Source: a virus (taxonomy: Duplodnaviria > Caudoviricetes). Taken from it: a stretch of DNA of 64,000 nucleotides. Position 1 is the stretch's first letter; each line of letters starts with the position of its first letter. The stretch is taken from IMG/VR virus record IMGVR_UViG_3300042256_000025. One strand, given 5' to 3'. The position numbers were made by a program, and so were the translations under genes. Of this stretch, positions 29,283 through 39,681 are shown in pieces. The notes below the pieces were generated by a model. The model was not told where the DNA came from. It saw only the letters and a program-made list of their open reading frames with translations, and ran no database searches.

Positions 29283-29357
29283 ACTATCCCCGTCCATTTT
29301 GGACGGGGATATCCATATATGCTGTAATCGGCATAGGTCAAGCGATAGACCGGTTAC

Positions 29358-30008
29358 TTAGCCTGTCGTGGATGTGTTCCCAGCTTCCTCTAGCGCGCTC
29401 ACACGACTAATTAGTGACTGAATGGTAGCTGACATATCCGCAAGGTCACTGTTTAGATTAGACGCCGCGGTTTCTAACGAATTTACCTTATCCGATAGTG
29501 CCACTAACCCATCGGCAACATCTTTAACCCTACTATCCAGCTCACTTATATCTACTCCGTTTATCGTTACGTTATCTGCGTTTATTGATACGTCATGGTC
29601 CACGTTTAAATTAAAGTCGCCGTTTATATTACCCTGCCAACTACCCCCTACATTCAGTCCATGGTCACCGTTAAATGTCAGGACGCCATCCCCCGCAACA
29701 TCTAGACGATATGTGCCGTTACTGGTTAGTTTGTAGTCTCTGCCTGCAAAGATTATAAAGTCTTCCATTGCTCTAAGTATAAAGGACTTGTCCGTACTGT
29801 ACTCGCTGTTGTCAATGGAGTGTTGTACTATAGTGCCCAGACTTAATATATCTATAAACAGCGTCGGATCATGTTTACAGGCATCGATGATTTGACGAAA
29901 TCCTTCACCGGTATCGGTGCCGCAGCCGTCACCCAGACCGCCGCCCCATGACATATCCCCTTCCAAGGGGCTATCGGGCTGGCGGTCGGCTATTTTACTC
30001 CCACTCAT
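29358..30008 (-). CDS. Putative spike-associated beta-helix/coiled-coil protein
   Basis: ~8-residue beta repeats (LDVAGD, LTFNGD, LNVGGS, GNINGD) followed by a heptad coiled coil. Confidence 0.5.
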   Translation of the reverse strand: MSGSKIADRQPDSPLEGDMSWGGGLGDGCGTDTGEGFRQIIDACKHDPTLFIDILSLGTIVQHSIDNSEYSTDKSFILRAMEDFIIFAGRDYKLTSNGTYRLDVAGDGVLTFNGDHGLNVGGSWQGNINGDFNLNVDHDVSINADNVTINGVDISELDSRVKDVADGLVALSDKVNSLETAASNLNSDLADMSATIQSLISRVSALEEAGNTSTTG

Positions 30009-30022
30009 TGGTCTCTACTCCA

Positions 30023-30862
30023 CTACAGTGTAATTGTTCGGCGAGGGCCCCGCAAAATAAGGGCAGTCTTCGACTCTACTAACTGTTTCCCCTGACTGAC
30101 CTGCTGTAGCCAGCCGCTCGCCAGAAATTCACAGTCCCCGGTTGTCCGTAAACTGAAATCCTTACACCGCACTCGAATATCTCGACTCGCGACATTGATT
30201 GAGGTATCGGACTGTATGTTGATGTGCTTACGGTTTAACTCTACAAAGGAGTTATCGGCATTACGGATAAAGATATTGGTACGTGCACTGTCAATCTGTA
30301 TGATGTTGCCCAAGTCATCCGTTAACGTAACCTGGCCATCCCCTGGGTTAAATTGTAGGGTATAGATACAAAACTCATCATTGCGCTTTGACGTCTTCAG
30401 CGTCACTGTCTTCTGATGGGTACTGACCTCTAAGAAGTATGAGTTATCTTCCGTGATCTCTTCATCGATATTCTCAGGTAGTCCACTGTAGCGGTAAATA
30501 ACCGTCTCCAGTCGACGCAGGTCATCATCCCGCCCCATTGCAGTCCAATAGTACTTATCCGCATCACCCTGCCGCCAAATCCACACCTGTTCACCACGAC
30601 GGACATCCGGTGAGGTCGTGCGGTTTGTTTCCCCTAGCCACTCAGCGGTTAGAGTGGCACCCATATCCACTTCGACTTTATAGGGCTTCTCTTCTACGTC
30701 AATACCTGATGTCTTGATGTTGACCGTATCAGTCCCTAGTTCACTGTCCATAAGGTTAAGGGCTTCTATGGGAATAATATCAACCAAATGACTATCCAAG
30801 GGTTTATTCTCAGCGACAATGCCAACTGACATTCGCCGAAGCTCACTTTCTTTAACCTGCAT
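30023..30862 (-). CDS. Baseplate central spike/hub protein (phiKZ-like)
   Basis: GIVAENK, AEWL...NR.TSPDVRRGEQV, YYW and C-terminal beta repeats; start MQVKES with GGAG RBS. Confidence 0.6.
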   Translation of the reverse strand: MQVKESELRRMSVGIVAENKPLDSHLVDIIPIEALNLMDSELGTDTVNIKTSGIDVEEKPYKVEVDMGATLTAEWLGETNRTTSPDVRRGEQVWIWRQGDADKYYWTAMGRDDDLRRLETVIYRYSGLPENIDEEITEDNSYFLEVSTHQKTVTLKTSKRNDEFCIYTLQFNPGDGQVTLTDDLGNIIQIDSARTNIFIRNADNSFVELNRKHINIQSDTSINVASRDIRVRCKDFSLRTTGDCEFLASGWLQQVSQGKQLVESKTALILRGPRRTITL

Positions 30863-30933
30863 AGTGTTGCTCCAATATCTACTTATACCATTGCACCGTA
30901 CCCTAGGATAATAGGTAAAAAAAAATAACGTAG

Positions 30934-30961
30934 CCATACCCAGCCCGAAGGCTGGGTATGG
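30934..30961 (-). terminator. Intrinsic terminator, identical to 40638-40665
   Basis: ccatacccagcc-ttcg-ggctgggtatgg plus T tract on the minus strand. Confidence 0.85.
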
Positions 30962-30968
30962 ACATGCA

Positions 30969-31256
30969 TTACGCGTCGACTGATTCCTTCAGAGCCTTTG
31001 CAGGCTTGAAGACCGGCACCTTGCGGGCCGGGATAGTGATGGCAGCACCAGTAGCCGGGTTACGGCCCTGACGCTCAGCACGTTCAGTGATCTTGAAATT
31101 ACCGAAACCAGAGATATGTACCTCCTGGCCATCTGCCATCTTCTCGGAGATGACATCGAAGGTATTGTTTACCACTTTTTCAGTAACCTTAACGGTCTCT
31201 TCAGACCGTGTTGCTACTTCCGCGATTACATCTTTTTTCGATACATGGTTAGACAT
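30969..31256 (-). CDS. hup: HU-family histone-like DNA-binding protein
   Basis: V.ISGFGNF...RAERQGRNPATGAAITIPARKVPVFKPAKALKE. Confidence 0.95.
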   Translation of the reverse strand: MSNHVSKKDVIAEVATRSEETVKVTEKVVNNTFDVISEKMADGQEVHISGFGNFKITERAERQGRNPATGAAITIPARKVPVFKPAKALKESVDA

Positions 31257-31364
31257 GATGGTTTCCTTTTACGTTTGGGTGGTATTGTTCGTAGACAAAG
31301 AATAGTGGGAGTTGTGTACTTTTTCACAACTCCAACGTTTATAGGCACTGCAGTATTGCTTAGG

Positions 31365-32054
31365 TCATACACACCATCCACGTTTACTTAAAAAGTTAAC
31401 GGTGAACTTAGGCGGAATAAGGGGTAGCTTATCACCACAGAGGTAGAACTGTAGTACCTGCGGGTCTTGCTCACTCACCCGACAGGCGACCTTATAGAAG
31501 GACATGTCCCTCAGGCGCTCACAGAGCTGCGCTCCGACGCGTAAAACCTGAGTGGGGCTATCCCCCTCCTCAATGCCTTGCGCTACGCAGTACTGCGTTA
31601 CACGCGCCCCCAACTGCATATCGCAGAGAGTGTGATTTAATAAGGGGGTAGGTAGCCTGATGCTCCCTATAGAGAGGGCCGTTCCACGTTCCCGCTCCGA
31701 TAGGGGCTCAGGCGAATACAGGTTAGACAAGCGCTCCGCACGAGCCTTCACCTGCAATGCTCGGATCTCCCGTTCGAGCATCTTTTTCAAGGCACTGAGC
31801 TCCAGTGCCATTTCACGAGGCGATTGCGTCTCCTCGTACTGACCTACTATAGCCAATGGGTTACAGGTAAACGCCTCACCCATTGGTTGGAAATTATCGT
31901 TACAGGGTTGGGCTAGTACCCAACCTTCAGTGGTTACGCCGAGGAGCTGGATCAATTCACCCTCACGACGCATCCAATATTCCCCCGCGGCATCTTTCAC
32001 GCGGGCGATTAATTTATTCGCCTCTAAGTCAGACGCACGATATACGTTCGGCAT
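31365..32054 (-). CDS. Hypothetical protein
   Basis: 229 aa, AGGAGG RBS. Confidence 0.7.
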   Translation of the reverse strand: MPNVYRASDLEANKLIARVKDAAGEYWMRREGELIQLLGVTTEGWVLAQPCNDNFQPMGEAFTCNPLAIVGQYEETQSPREMALELSALKKMLEREIRALQVKARAERLSNLYSPEPLSERERGTALSIGSIRLPTPLLNHTLCDMQLGARVTQYCVAQGIEEGDSPTQVLRVGAQLCERLRDMSFYKVACRVSEQDPQVLQFYLCGDKLPLIPPKFTVNFLSKRGWCV

Positions 32055-32171
32055 TTTACAGCCTCCTAAAAAAGAAATTCACCGATCACGTCTCAACTAC
32101 CCAAACCGGCGTTTACGGCGACTCAGCTCTATAAGCAACACCAAGGTTACCGCCAGGTGACGCTGTCATGT

Positions 32172-32219
32172 ATAAAAAGGAACCCACCCGCCTAACCACC
32201 TAAACGGATGGGTACAAAA
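32172..32219. repeat. 48-bp direct repeat (terminator-like), copy 1
   Basis: Identical to 32479-32526. Confidence 0.9.
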
Positions 32220-32261
32220 CTCTTCTATGTTCTGCGCATCCGGAGTCAGAATATAAGGACC

Positions 32262-32465
32262 TTATAACCTCCCATGCTTCGCCTCATAGTCTTCCCAGTA
32301 CTCGGCCTCTTCCATATCCAAATCCCTCTGTTTCTGGATACAGGCCGCGCAGACGTCATAGTAGGCGCCGTTGAAGCCCTCGTCCGTATCCCGGGTTGGG
32401 GTAAGTTCAGCCTCCTTACCACACCACTCACAGTTTCCAAAAATAACATCATCATCAATTGACAT
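32262..32465 (-). CDS. Small acidic CxxC...CxxC zinc-finger protein
   Basis: CEWC...VCAAC, AGGAGG RBS. Confidence 0.7.
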   Translation of the reverse strand: MSIDDDVIFGNCEWCGKEAELTPTRDTDEGFNGAYYDVCAACIQKQRDLDMEEAEYWEDYEAKHGRL

Positions 32466-32478
32466 AGTGACCTCCTAA

Positions 32479-32526
32479 ATAAAAAGGAACCCACCCGCCT
32501 AACCACCTAAACGGATGGGTACAAAA
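32479..32526. repeat. 48-bp direct repeat, copy 2
   Basis: ataaaaaggaacccacccgcctaaccacctaaacggatgggtacaaaa. Confidence 0.9.
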
Positions 32527-32535
32527 TGGGCCGCG

Positions 32536-32787
32536 TTAGCACTCAGACGTCATTCCATGTACTATACGCACTACAGCCATTTGGCCCCAGCTGTAGCTTC
32601 TCCCGCCGTCACGACGAGAATCATCGATGGCGCTTGCATATGCCATCCTTAAGTCTTCAATGCTCTGCGCATCCGGAGTCAGATGCGAGAGTACGTACTC
32701 TATAAACTTCAAACCTCGATCACTTGCAGTGCAGACTGAGACTGAATTATTGTAAAGGTTTTCTACCGCTTTGACGATGTAAGACAT
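32536..32787 (-). CDS. Hypothetical early protein
   Basis: Start MSYIVK with AAGGAG RBS, downstream of an early promoter. Confidence 0.65.
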   Translation of the reverse strand: MSYIVKAVENLYNNSVSVCTASDRGLKFIEYVLSHLTPDAQSIEDLRMAYASAIDDSRRDGGRSYSWGQMAVVRIVHGMTSEC

Positions 32788-32824
32788 AACGCTACTCTCC
32801 TTAGAGTCTGGTATATACACTAAT

Positions 32825-32838
32825 GTAATATAGGTTTT
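32825..32838 (-). promoter_or_regulatory. phiKZ-type early promoter
   Basis: AAAACCTATATTAC. Confidence 0.75.
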
Positions 32839-32940
32839 CAGGTTGTATGAATGTACCTCTTTTACTATAGACTTCTATGGGGACTATAAATTAATAAATA
32901 GAGATACTCCTTCCCCTGCTAGGGGAAGGAGTATTTAAGG

Positions 32941-33480
32941 TTACTGTCCTGAGTGAAGCAAACGTCGACTCAGTACTGCAAGGTGAAGCTCTGTACTGAC
33001 GAACCAGGTGGGTGTACCATCCAGCTGGGTAAGGACACCTGCACGCTCTAGCGAGAAGCCTCCTCTATTACGGTAATGGTCGTGTGCTACTTTAATATGG
33101 GCAGACCACATCTGTTTAACGAAGGACTCAAGATTATAAAAGGGGTCAGTAGGCAACTGGAGTTTAGTTTCAGAAACTGCCATCTTAAGTAGTTGATCTT
33201 GAGACAACCGCCGACCTTGGCGAGGGGCAGCGACTCCAGGGACAAGTGCTAAACATACCCCTTCAACTTCTTCAGGCAATTGATACAGAGTACCGATGCC
33301 TGGGAACCGTACACTATACCCCGCTTCCAAGGCGCGACGATAGAGTCCGTTGAATATCCCTACAAAGAGTTTAGCCACGTCTTCACTGACGTTCGCCTTT
33401 TTCGCGACATCCTTATGATAAGACTTGAACGTAGGGCGCTGGCGCAGGGCCGCGTTATCCATAATAATTGCCGTATGCAT
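32941..33480 (-). CDS. Divergent tandem HU/IHF-like protein
   Basis: VAKKANVS...ALEAGYSVRFPGIGTL and a second ...GGFSLERAGVL unit; the DNA-binding arms look short or absent. Confidence 0.5.
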   Translation of the reverse strand: MHTAIIMDNAALRQRPTFKSYHKDVAKKANVSEDVAKLFVGIFNGLYRRALEAGYSVRFPGIGTLYQLPEEVEGVCLALVPGVAAPRQGRRLSQDQLLKMAVSETKLQLPTDPFYNLESFVKQMWSAHIKVAHDHYRNRGGFSLERAGVLTQLDGTPTWFVSTELHLAVLSRRLLHSGQ

Positions 33481-33489
33481 GTAATATCC

Positions 33490-35907
33490 TTAGAAATTAA
33501 AGTCTAAATCGTCGGCACCGTCATCGCCGCCTGCGGTATCCTCACCCTCACCGTCACCCTCGGCGTCATCCGCAGCTGCATCTCCTTCGTCGAGTCCACC
33601 CTCGGTATCCCCAACAGCGTCATTCCCAGTATCCATTCCAGTACCATCTGTATTCGGATCACCACCCATGTCTGTGGGCTCTGGTTCAGGCTCTGCAGTC
33701 GCCTTATCGATCTTCTCACGAACCTTCTTCTCTTCCTTAAAGGTCTTCGCCAGTATATCGCCGAGTGCTTTAACCATGAAGGTGGTGTGGTCAGTGATGC
33801 GTTTAGAGGGCTTGTTGTCCTCATCATTAAAGAACTCATCCACTTCAACGAACAGGTTTTGACGGCGCATCCAATCCCGCTTCAGAGTACTGGCCACCGA
33901 TACCCGCATTGAATCCAGCGCACGGCTATTTACATCACCGTCCAGAAGCTCAGCAATCATGTCTTCTGTAATATACGCTTCAACAACACGATCAATGGCA
34001 TCCGAGTATTCCGAGTATGCCTCAAATTGACTGCCGATCTTAGCAAGGTCGGGGGATGGGAGCGATACACTCAGGCCCTCGATGAATTCACCCACTACAG
34101 TGTCAGCATCGCCTTTGGCTTTAACGGACTCTCGAATCTTCGTGAGTAGCTCACCGGAGGACCATACGTAGGTCTGAATAAAGTCCTGTAACTGTGTCTC
34201 GAACCAACGTTGGTAGTCCATGACCTGTTTAGCGAACATCAGGTTACGGGACACCACCACCGTAGCCAGTTCGCCCTCCATCGTACTGTCTACGATCTCA
34301 GGTGGAATACCCAGGCCACTGTACTGCATGCGTCTAAGGGTTTCCGATAACTGAGAGTCGGGCACGGTCCGTTGTCGCTCCCGGTCTTCGATCTCTGTAT
34401 TCGTGTTCGGGAAGGCCTCGCCACCGTCCACATTGATATCCACCGCGGCTTTCTGTAAGGAGCGTACAATATCACTGGGGTTCAGTATACCGATCGGGAG
34501 TTGGTTAGCCTGGAGGTTTGTGTACTGATGGAGGACCGCCTCGAGGGTACCCTGTGGATCATGGTCATCCTCATCCAGAGTTACATTCAAACGGGTACGC
34601 CCGACGGAGTTCTTAACGCCTGCCATCACCTCTGCAAAGAGGAGTACTGCCCGTAGACTACCAAAGACGCGGGTTTTCTCCAACAGACTAATGCCTAGCC
34701 CGTACTCATCATAATTAAATGCGAAGTAGGTCATGAGTTCTTTAGGGATATACACGATGCGGGTACGTTTTTGTGCTAACACACGCCCCAACATCAGTCG
34801 GTAGACTTCCTCAGGTCTGGAAACTTCAACTTCCTCCCCGTAGACACCGTCCTTAAGCTGATCGGTAAGCTCCTTTTCAATATAGTTAATGTACTGGTCA
34901 ATGAAGGTATCCGGATCTACCTTATTACCTTTCGTCGTACCCAGTGACAGACCTGTCGCTTGAATCAGCCCCCCTAGCGCCTGATTATTAGAAGCTTCCT
35001 TGATGCGCTCACGTAGACGACTGATTCCGGACTCGGTATCAGCCGTCATGGAGACCGGCATGCCATTCTCATTAACGGCGAGGTAGTACCCTAGGTGATC
35101 CCGTGGATCGCCGGGTACGTGGACGGGGATAATCGCTTCACTGGGTATCTTCATAACCAGCGGATTACGGGTCTCCTTACTACCCCCCTGTTTAGGGGTA
35201 AGTTTTACAACCGGCGCATGACGGTAGGCTTCCATTGATACTTTAGAGCGAATCGATTGGGTTAGCAGCTGACGTCGAACCGTATTAAGCTTCAGTGCAC
35301 TGAGGTTATCGGTGATCGTAAGGTTACCAATGTCCTTGTTCGCCTTGATAATGCCCACTGATTTAAGGTGAGCAGTGTCATCCCGCACGTACTGGTTGAA
35401 AGACTCCATCCCCCCGATTTTACCCTGTGCGATTAATGACTCAAGGGCTGTTTCAGGTATTACAGCTAGGGCATAACTACCTGTTTCAAACAGACAGTCT
35501 TCCAGTATCTTGGTTAGACGCTCTTCCAGTGGAAACGTTGTGCGGAAGTGCTCTTCGATGTAATCCAGTACCTCACTTCGCACTTCGTCGTCTAACTCAC
35601 CCTCATCTGAATGTAAACGTAACTGAACGGCCACTAGGTCCTTAGGGGAAAGGATTGAGGAGACCAGTATACGTTTTGCCAGTATTAGGTCTGGCAGTAG
35701 CTCCATCATCCCACGGTTATCAGAGATGCGTTCATTCACCCGATCCATCAGGGCCTTAAGATCACCCATCTTAGGCAAGACGTCTTGCAATCGACGACGA
35801 CGGTGTTCGTCCTCTACTATTACTTTAGAGGAGATACCTACCTTCCGGTCGACATCCGCCATATCCGCCGTGGTCTTTTGACCCTGTGCTGTTACTTTCT
35901 TAACCAT
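33490..35907 (-). CDS. Portal protein (phiKZ gp129-like)
   Basis: ~800 aa; ILVSSILSPKD, IPVHVPGDP..H.GY, YFAFNY...G.G.SLLE, LGIPPE.VD and acidic tail; synteny with phiKZ gp127-129. Confidence 0.75.
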   Translation of the reverse strand: MVKKVTAQGQKTTADMADVDRKVGISSKVIVEDEHRRRRLQDVLPKMGDLKALMDRVNERISDNRGMMELLPDLILAKRILVSSILSPKDLVAVQLRLHSDEGELDDEVRSEVLDYIEEHFRTTFPLEERLTKILEDCLFETGSYALAVIPETALESLIAQGKIGGMESFNQYVRDDTAHLKSVGIIKANKDIGNLTITDNLSALKLNTVRRQLLTQSIRSKVSMEAYRHAPVVKLTPKQGGSKETRNPLVMKIPSEAIIPVHVPGDPRDHLGYYLAVNENGMPVSMTADTESGISRLRERIKEASNNQALGGLIQATGLSLGTTKGNKVDPDTFIDQYINYIEKELTDQLKDGVYGEEVEVSRPEEVYRLMLGRVLAQKRTRIVYIPKELMTYFAFNYDEYGLGISLLEKTRVFGSLRAVLLFAEVMAGVKNSVGRTRLNVTLDEDDHDPQGTLEAVLHQYTNLQANQLPIGILNPSDIVRSLQKAAVDINVDGGEAFPNTNTEIEDRERQRTVPDSQLSETLRRMQYSGLGIPPEIVDSTMEGELATVVVSRNLMFAKQVMDYQRWFETQLQDFIQTYVWSSGELLTKIRESVKAKGDADTVVGEFIEGLSVSLPSPDLAKIGSQFEAYSEYSDAIDRVVEAYITEDMIAELLDGDVNSRALDSMRVSVASTLKRDWMRRQNLFVEVDEFFNDEDNKPSKRITDHTTFMVKALGDILAKTFKEEKKVREKIDKATAEPEPEPTDMGGDPNTDGTGMDTGNDAVGDTEGGLDEGDAAADDAEGDGEGEDTAGGDDGADDLDFNF

Positions 35908-36028
35908 AATAGATTGCTCCTAAGACTCGATGTTATACGATTCCACCGGCGGGGCGGATCTTATAGCAAATTTAGGCCCACTTTAGTGGTTAAAGTCGGG
36001 CAACGCTATATTGAGCATCGAGGCTGTT

Positions 36029-38107
36029 ATGTACTCACCTCTATACCGACAATACCTGGACGACACCCTCGCACTCGTGCGCAGTATGGTGATTAAGTCC
36101 GAACAGACCATTGAAGCGCAGAATAAATATTTAAAGGCGCAAGGGTACGTGGTCTTAGACGACCCTCGTACATGGAAATACTATCTAAACTTGACCGGGC
36201 GATACCATGTATCCGACCGACCCATCGAAGTGCTCTCGTCGGATACCTATGAAACGATTGTGTTGTCCCGTGACACGATTGTGGATCACCCAATCACGGC
36301 GCTGGACTACGGCCCAGGCGGTAGTTTCCATACGGAGCTTCTGGAGCGGTATCCAGAACACCGTGAGTTGATTCCCCGGATCCTGTCTCCGGTCGACATG
36401 GAGCAGGCGATCGAGGCCAGTGAGTTTACACTCCTATATTGGGATGACCGGCATATTGCCGATAATGAATATGGTCTTATCGGTACTATCCAGCGCTGGC
36501 TCTATAGCTATCGTGACCGCTGGCACCTGCCTTCCTTTGGGGTAAGCGACGGGCTCTATCCAGCATCGGCACTGGCACTATTGTACCATAACCTGGTACC
36601 CACCATCATTAACTTTAGATTGGAGAATGCCCGTACCGCTGAAGTCGATGAGTTTCACCGGTGGGCTTTCTTAGGGAGTCGATATCGATTGGATCGGTAT
36701 AAGCGGTACCTGGATAACCGTCAATCGCTATTCCTGTACCGTAACATCGACTACCTTAAGTTCCATGTCGGCAAAGAAGTAACCCTCGAAACCTTACTTA
36801 CACACATTACTGAACCGGTCAATATCGATGCACATCGGTTCGATGTCACCGTCTCAAACGAGCGGCTATTGGAAACATTGAAACCTGTCCCACGGCTATT
36901 AGATACTCCCTATAAAGACGATCGACCCAACATAGGGGTAGAGTCCAGGGCACCGGTGGAATACGGATATCAGTTAACGAAAGACCTTGCCCGCCACAAC
37001 GAAGAGGACCTTTATACGGATGTGACGCGTGCAGAGGCCGCTATCCGTACAACCGCTATGCAATCACTTCCGACGGGTTTGGTGCAAATGACTTTTAACC
37101 CGCCAATGAGTGATCGGTTTGCAAATCCAGAGCAGGTCCGCTTAACCCAGTGGCTATACTTGGCCAGTGTCGGTCGGTATCAAACGGTACACGATCTGAA
37201 TTTAGGGGAGCGAGGAAGCATTTCCGTTACGGCTAAGGAAGCGGCGATTTTATTCTGTTATGCGGTGAGTCAGGTAAACAAAACACCATTGGAGACGATA
37301 CCGTCGGTATGGTTAGGGTACCCTCACCATGATCGCTCCCTGGGGCAAGACTATGTACAGGCACGTCTAGAGTCACCTCTGGCGAATGAAGGGTACGTCA
37401 CTGAACTTACTCGTGACTGGGTCAGGCACCCCATCATCCGGGATGAACTAGGGTTTGATGAATATGTTGATGAAGTTAAGCATCGTTTTTACTTGCATCA
37501 AGTAAGTTGCCGAAAGCCCCATAACAGTACGTACCGGTCTCAGCTAAAGGGTGTGGTGCGGGCACTATATCGTCCGACCATAATTACGTTAGCACCCGAT
37601 AACACCGATTATACTCGTTGGCTGGATGCGCTTAACTTCCCACACCGTACCTTCCAGCCACAGGACTACTACGCACTTGTCTTTACTATCCTTACTGTGG
37701 TGCCCGGAGTTAACCTCGATGAAGGGGGAGTCACCCGTCGCCATAGAGCGATGATTGATATAGTGCGATTGTTGTCCAGTTATGGCATTCTGTTTGTAGA
37801 AGGGGCAGGACTTCGACCAACCATGATCTATCACTATGGTAAGGTTGAGCCTATAGAGTGGAAAAACCATCTGGATAGTTATTTTAAACTGGGCTTTGGG
37901 ATATATGGACATGACGCGAAAACGAAGGCACGAATATGTGCATACGCTGAAGCTACTAATATCCATTTAGAGCCTACTGGACCCATTCAGCCAATATATG
38001 TTGTGCCAACTGGACTGACACTCAACTATCGCCAACGGTACAACCATGTAACCCATTTAGAAGCGGCTACCCTTACCAGCGGTAGCGTGACACATATTCC
38101 GCGTTAA
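36029..38107 (+). CDS. Virion structural protein (phiKZ gp128-like)
   Basis: P.TWKYYLNL.G.YH..D, LFLYRNI.Y....G motifs; divergent from the portal gene. Confidence 0.7.
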   Translation: MYSPLYRQYLDDTLALVRSMVIKSEQTIEAQNKYLKAQGYVVLDDPRTWKYYLNLTGRYHVSDRPIEVLSSDTYETIVLSRDTIVDHPITALDYGPGGSFHTELLERYPEHRELIPRILSPVDMEQAIEASEFTLLYWDDRHIADNEYGLIGTIQRWLYSYRDRWHLPSFGVSDGLYPASALALLYHNLVPTIINFRLENARTAEVDEFHRWAFLGSRYRLDRYKRYLDNRQSLFLYRNIDYLKFHVGKEVTLETLLTHITEPVNIDAHRFDVTVSNERLLETLKPVPRLLDTPYKDDRPNIGVESRAPVEYGYQLTKDLARHNEEDLYTDVTRAEAAIRTTAMQSLPTGLVQMTFNPPMSDRFANPEQVRLTQWLYLASVGRYQTVHDLNLGERGSISVTAKEAAILFCYAVSQVNKTPLETIPSVWLGYPHHDRSLGQDYVQARLESPLANEGYVTELTRDWVRHPIIRDELGFDEYVDEVKHRFYLHQVSCRKPHNSTYRSQLKGVVRALYRPTIITLAPDNTDYTRWLDALNFPHRTFQPQDYYALVFTILTVVPGVNLDEGGVTRRHRAMIDIVRLLSSYGILFVEGAGLRPTMIYHYGKVEPIEWKNHLDSYFKLGFGIYGHDAKTKARICAYAEATNIHLEPTGPIQPIYVVPTGLTLNYRQRYNHVTHLEAATLTSGSVTHIPR

Positions 38108-38118
38108 CGGAGACGAAC

Positions 38119-38952
38119 ATGTACGAAACAACGAAAACCATCTACCATACCCATCTAGAGTTACAGCGGGCAATGCAGGAAGATTTTAATCCGCTCCCTT
38201 ACAGTACGCTGAATGAGAAGTTCGGTGTCGCGGATGAGGAAACCGTACCTACAGGTCGCTACCCCGCGATGGAGTATATTGCCATTGGGCGAGGAGGGCA
38301 TAGAGGACGCATTGCCTCAGACGGCGCTACTCTGACAGATATCCTTCAACACGATGTTACCGATGCGGCGCTGTTTGAACACCTGCCCTTTGTTGTACGG
38401 CTGGTCAGTGAAGATCTAACACCTGCTGAGCGGGCAAAATATGGCATGCGGACGCTGGTAGAGCGCAACGGGAAGCAGTACTTTGCATACTACCTAAAAC
38501 GGGTGAACCTCTCACAGACGTATCCTGAACTGAAAGAAATTACTGTACTGGACGGCACTGTAAGTGACCGGGAGTATACCCCGACTCCTTCGCAGTTGAC
38601 ACCAAACCCTCTACCGCTGTCCAATACGCAAGCAAACCTTGCATCGGGTAAACATATTTCAGTCACTTCAACTCTGTCACTATCATTATCGGCAACAGAC
38701 ATTCAGGAAATCATGGATGCTGTGCTGGTACTCTATGATGATGTAGCCTATGCTACTATTTCTGAGATCGCTACCGTTACAGCACACCGCACCCCCATCA
38801 ACACCACGTTGGGTGGCGTGAATGTAACCTACGATGAAGCCATAGCCGCTCAGGTAGCAAACTTCATCCCGGCGAATATCAGCTTGCAGTTTACGACGAA
38901 CGGCATCGATTCACTCTTCTCACTTGGACACACCTCACCTTACCTTCGTTAA
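38119..38952 (+). CDS. Virion structural protein (phiKZ gp127-like)
   Basis: STLNEKF, Y.AIG.GGH, LPFVVR...DL...ER.KY, AYYLKR, ISEIA. Confidence 0.7.
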   Translation: MYETTKTIYHTHLELQRAMQEDFNPLPYSTLNEKFGVADEETVPTGRYPAMEYIAIGRGGHRGRIASDGATLTDILQHDVTDAALFEHLPFVVRLVSEDLTPAERAKYGMRTLVERNGKQYFAYYLKRVNLSQTYPELKEITVLDGTVSDREYTPTPSQLTPNPLPLSNTQANLASGKHISVTSTLSLSLSATDIQEIMDAVLVLYDDVAYATISEIATVTAHRTPINTTLGGVNVTYDEAIAAQVANFIPANISLQFTTNGIDSLFSLGHTSPYLR

Positions 38953-38981
38953 GAAGGGAGCGAAGGTGATAAGGAGGACCT

Positions 38982-39560
38982 ATGTACCCAGTACCCTATG
39001 ATGAATGTTATCGGGTACTTGCCATTGATCCCAGTACATCCGCGACTGGGTTCTCTGTGCTTGACCATAATGTACTTACACAGGAAACACACATCGCCTT
39101 CGCCTCTACCGTATTTAGAAAGGATCTATTGAAGCGTAAGGATTGGATCGCCAGTGTACACGGGGAGCGTTCCGCAGCCGTGGCAGGATACGGAGAGGCC
39201 TTGGCTAATATGCTGCGGTACTGGTCCCCTACCCTGGTCATTGCGGAAGCCCCCTATCTATCTCGCCTACCCGCTGCCTTTAAAGCGTTGGTAGAGGTGC
39301 AAACCTCACTGCGCTTAACGGTAATGGACTTTGATCCAACGCTGCCCTTTGAAACAGTAGACCCTGCACGGGCAAAACAAAACATTGGGGTCAGTGGGAA
39401 ATCCGGTGATAAGGAAGCTGTAGCGATTGCAGTGCGCGCTCGTCCCGGACTCTATACGGTTAACGGTGTCGACCTTAGCCGGATCGATGAGCACAGCATG
39501 GATAGTATAGCTGTTGGACTATACCACATCGATACCTACGTAAAACAGTGTCCCTGGTAA
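38982..39560 (+). CDS. ruvC: RuvC-like Holliday junction resolvase
   Basis: VLAIDPST..TG, VIAEAPY, P..AK..IG, DK..V, DEHSMDSIAVG. Confidence 0.85.
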   Translation: MYPVPYDECYRVLAIDPSTSATGFSVLDHNVLTQETHIAFASTVFRKDLLKRKDWIASVHGERSAAVAGYGEALANMLRYWSPTLVIAEAPYLSRLPAAFKALVEVQTSLRLTVMDFDPTLPFETVDPARAKQNIGVSGKSGDKEAVAIAVRARPGLYTVNGVDLSRIDEHSMDSIAVGLYHIDTYVKQCPW

Positions 39561-39681
39561 CGAATACTCCCCACACCCTTAAGGGTGTGGGGAGTATGTA
39601 TGTGTTCGAATAATATACGTAGAATAGGGCCTATTCACACATTATGCCACAGCACTAAACCGTTTATATAGGGACACTATC

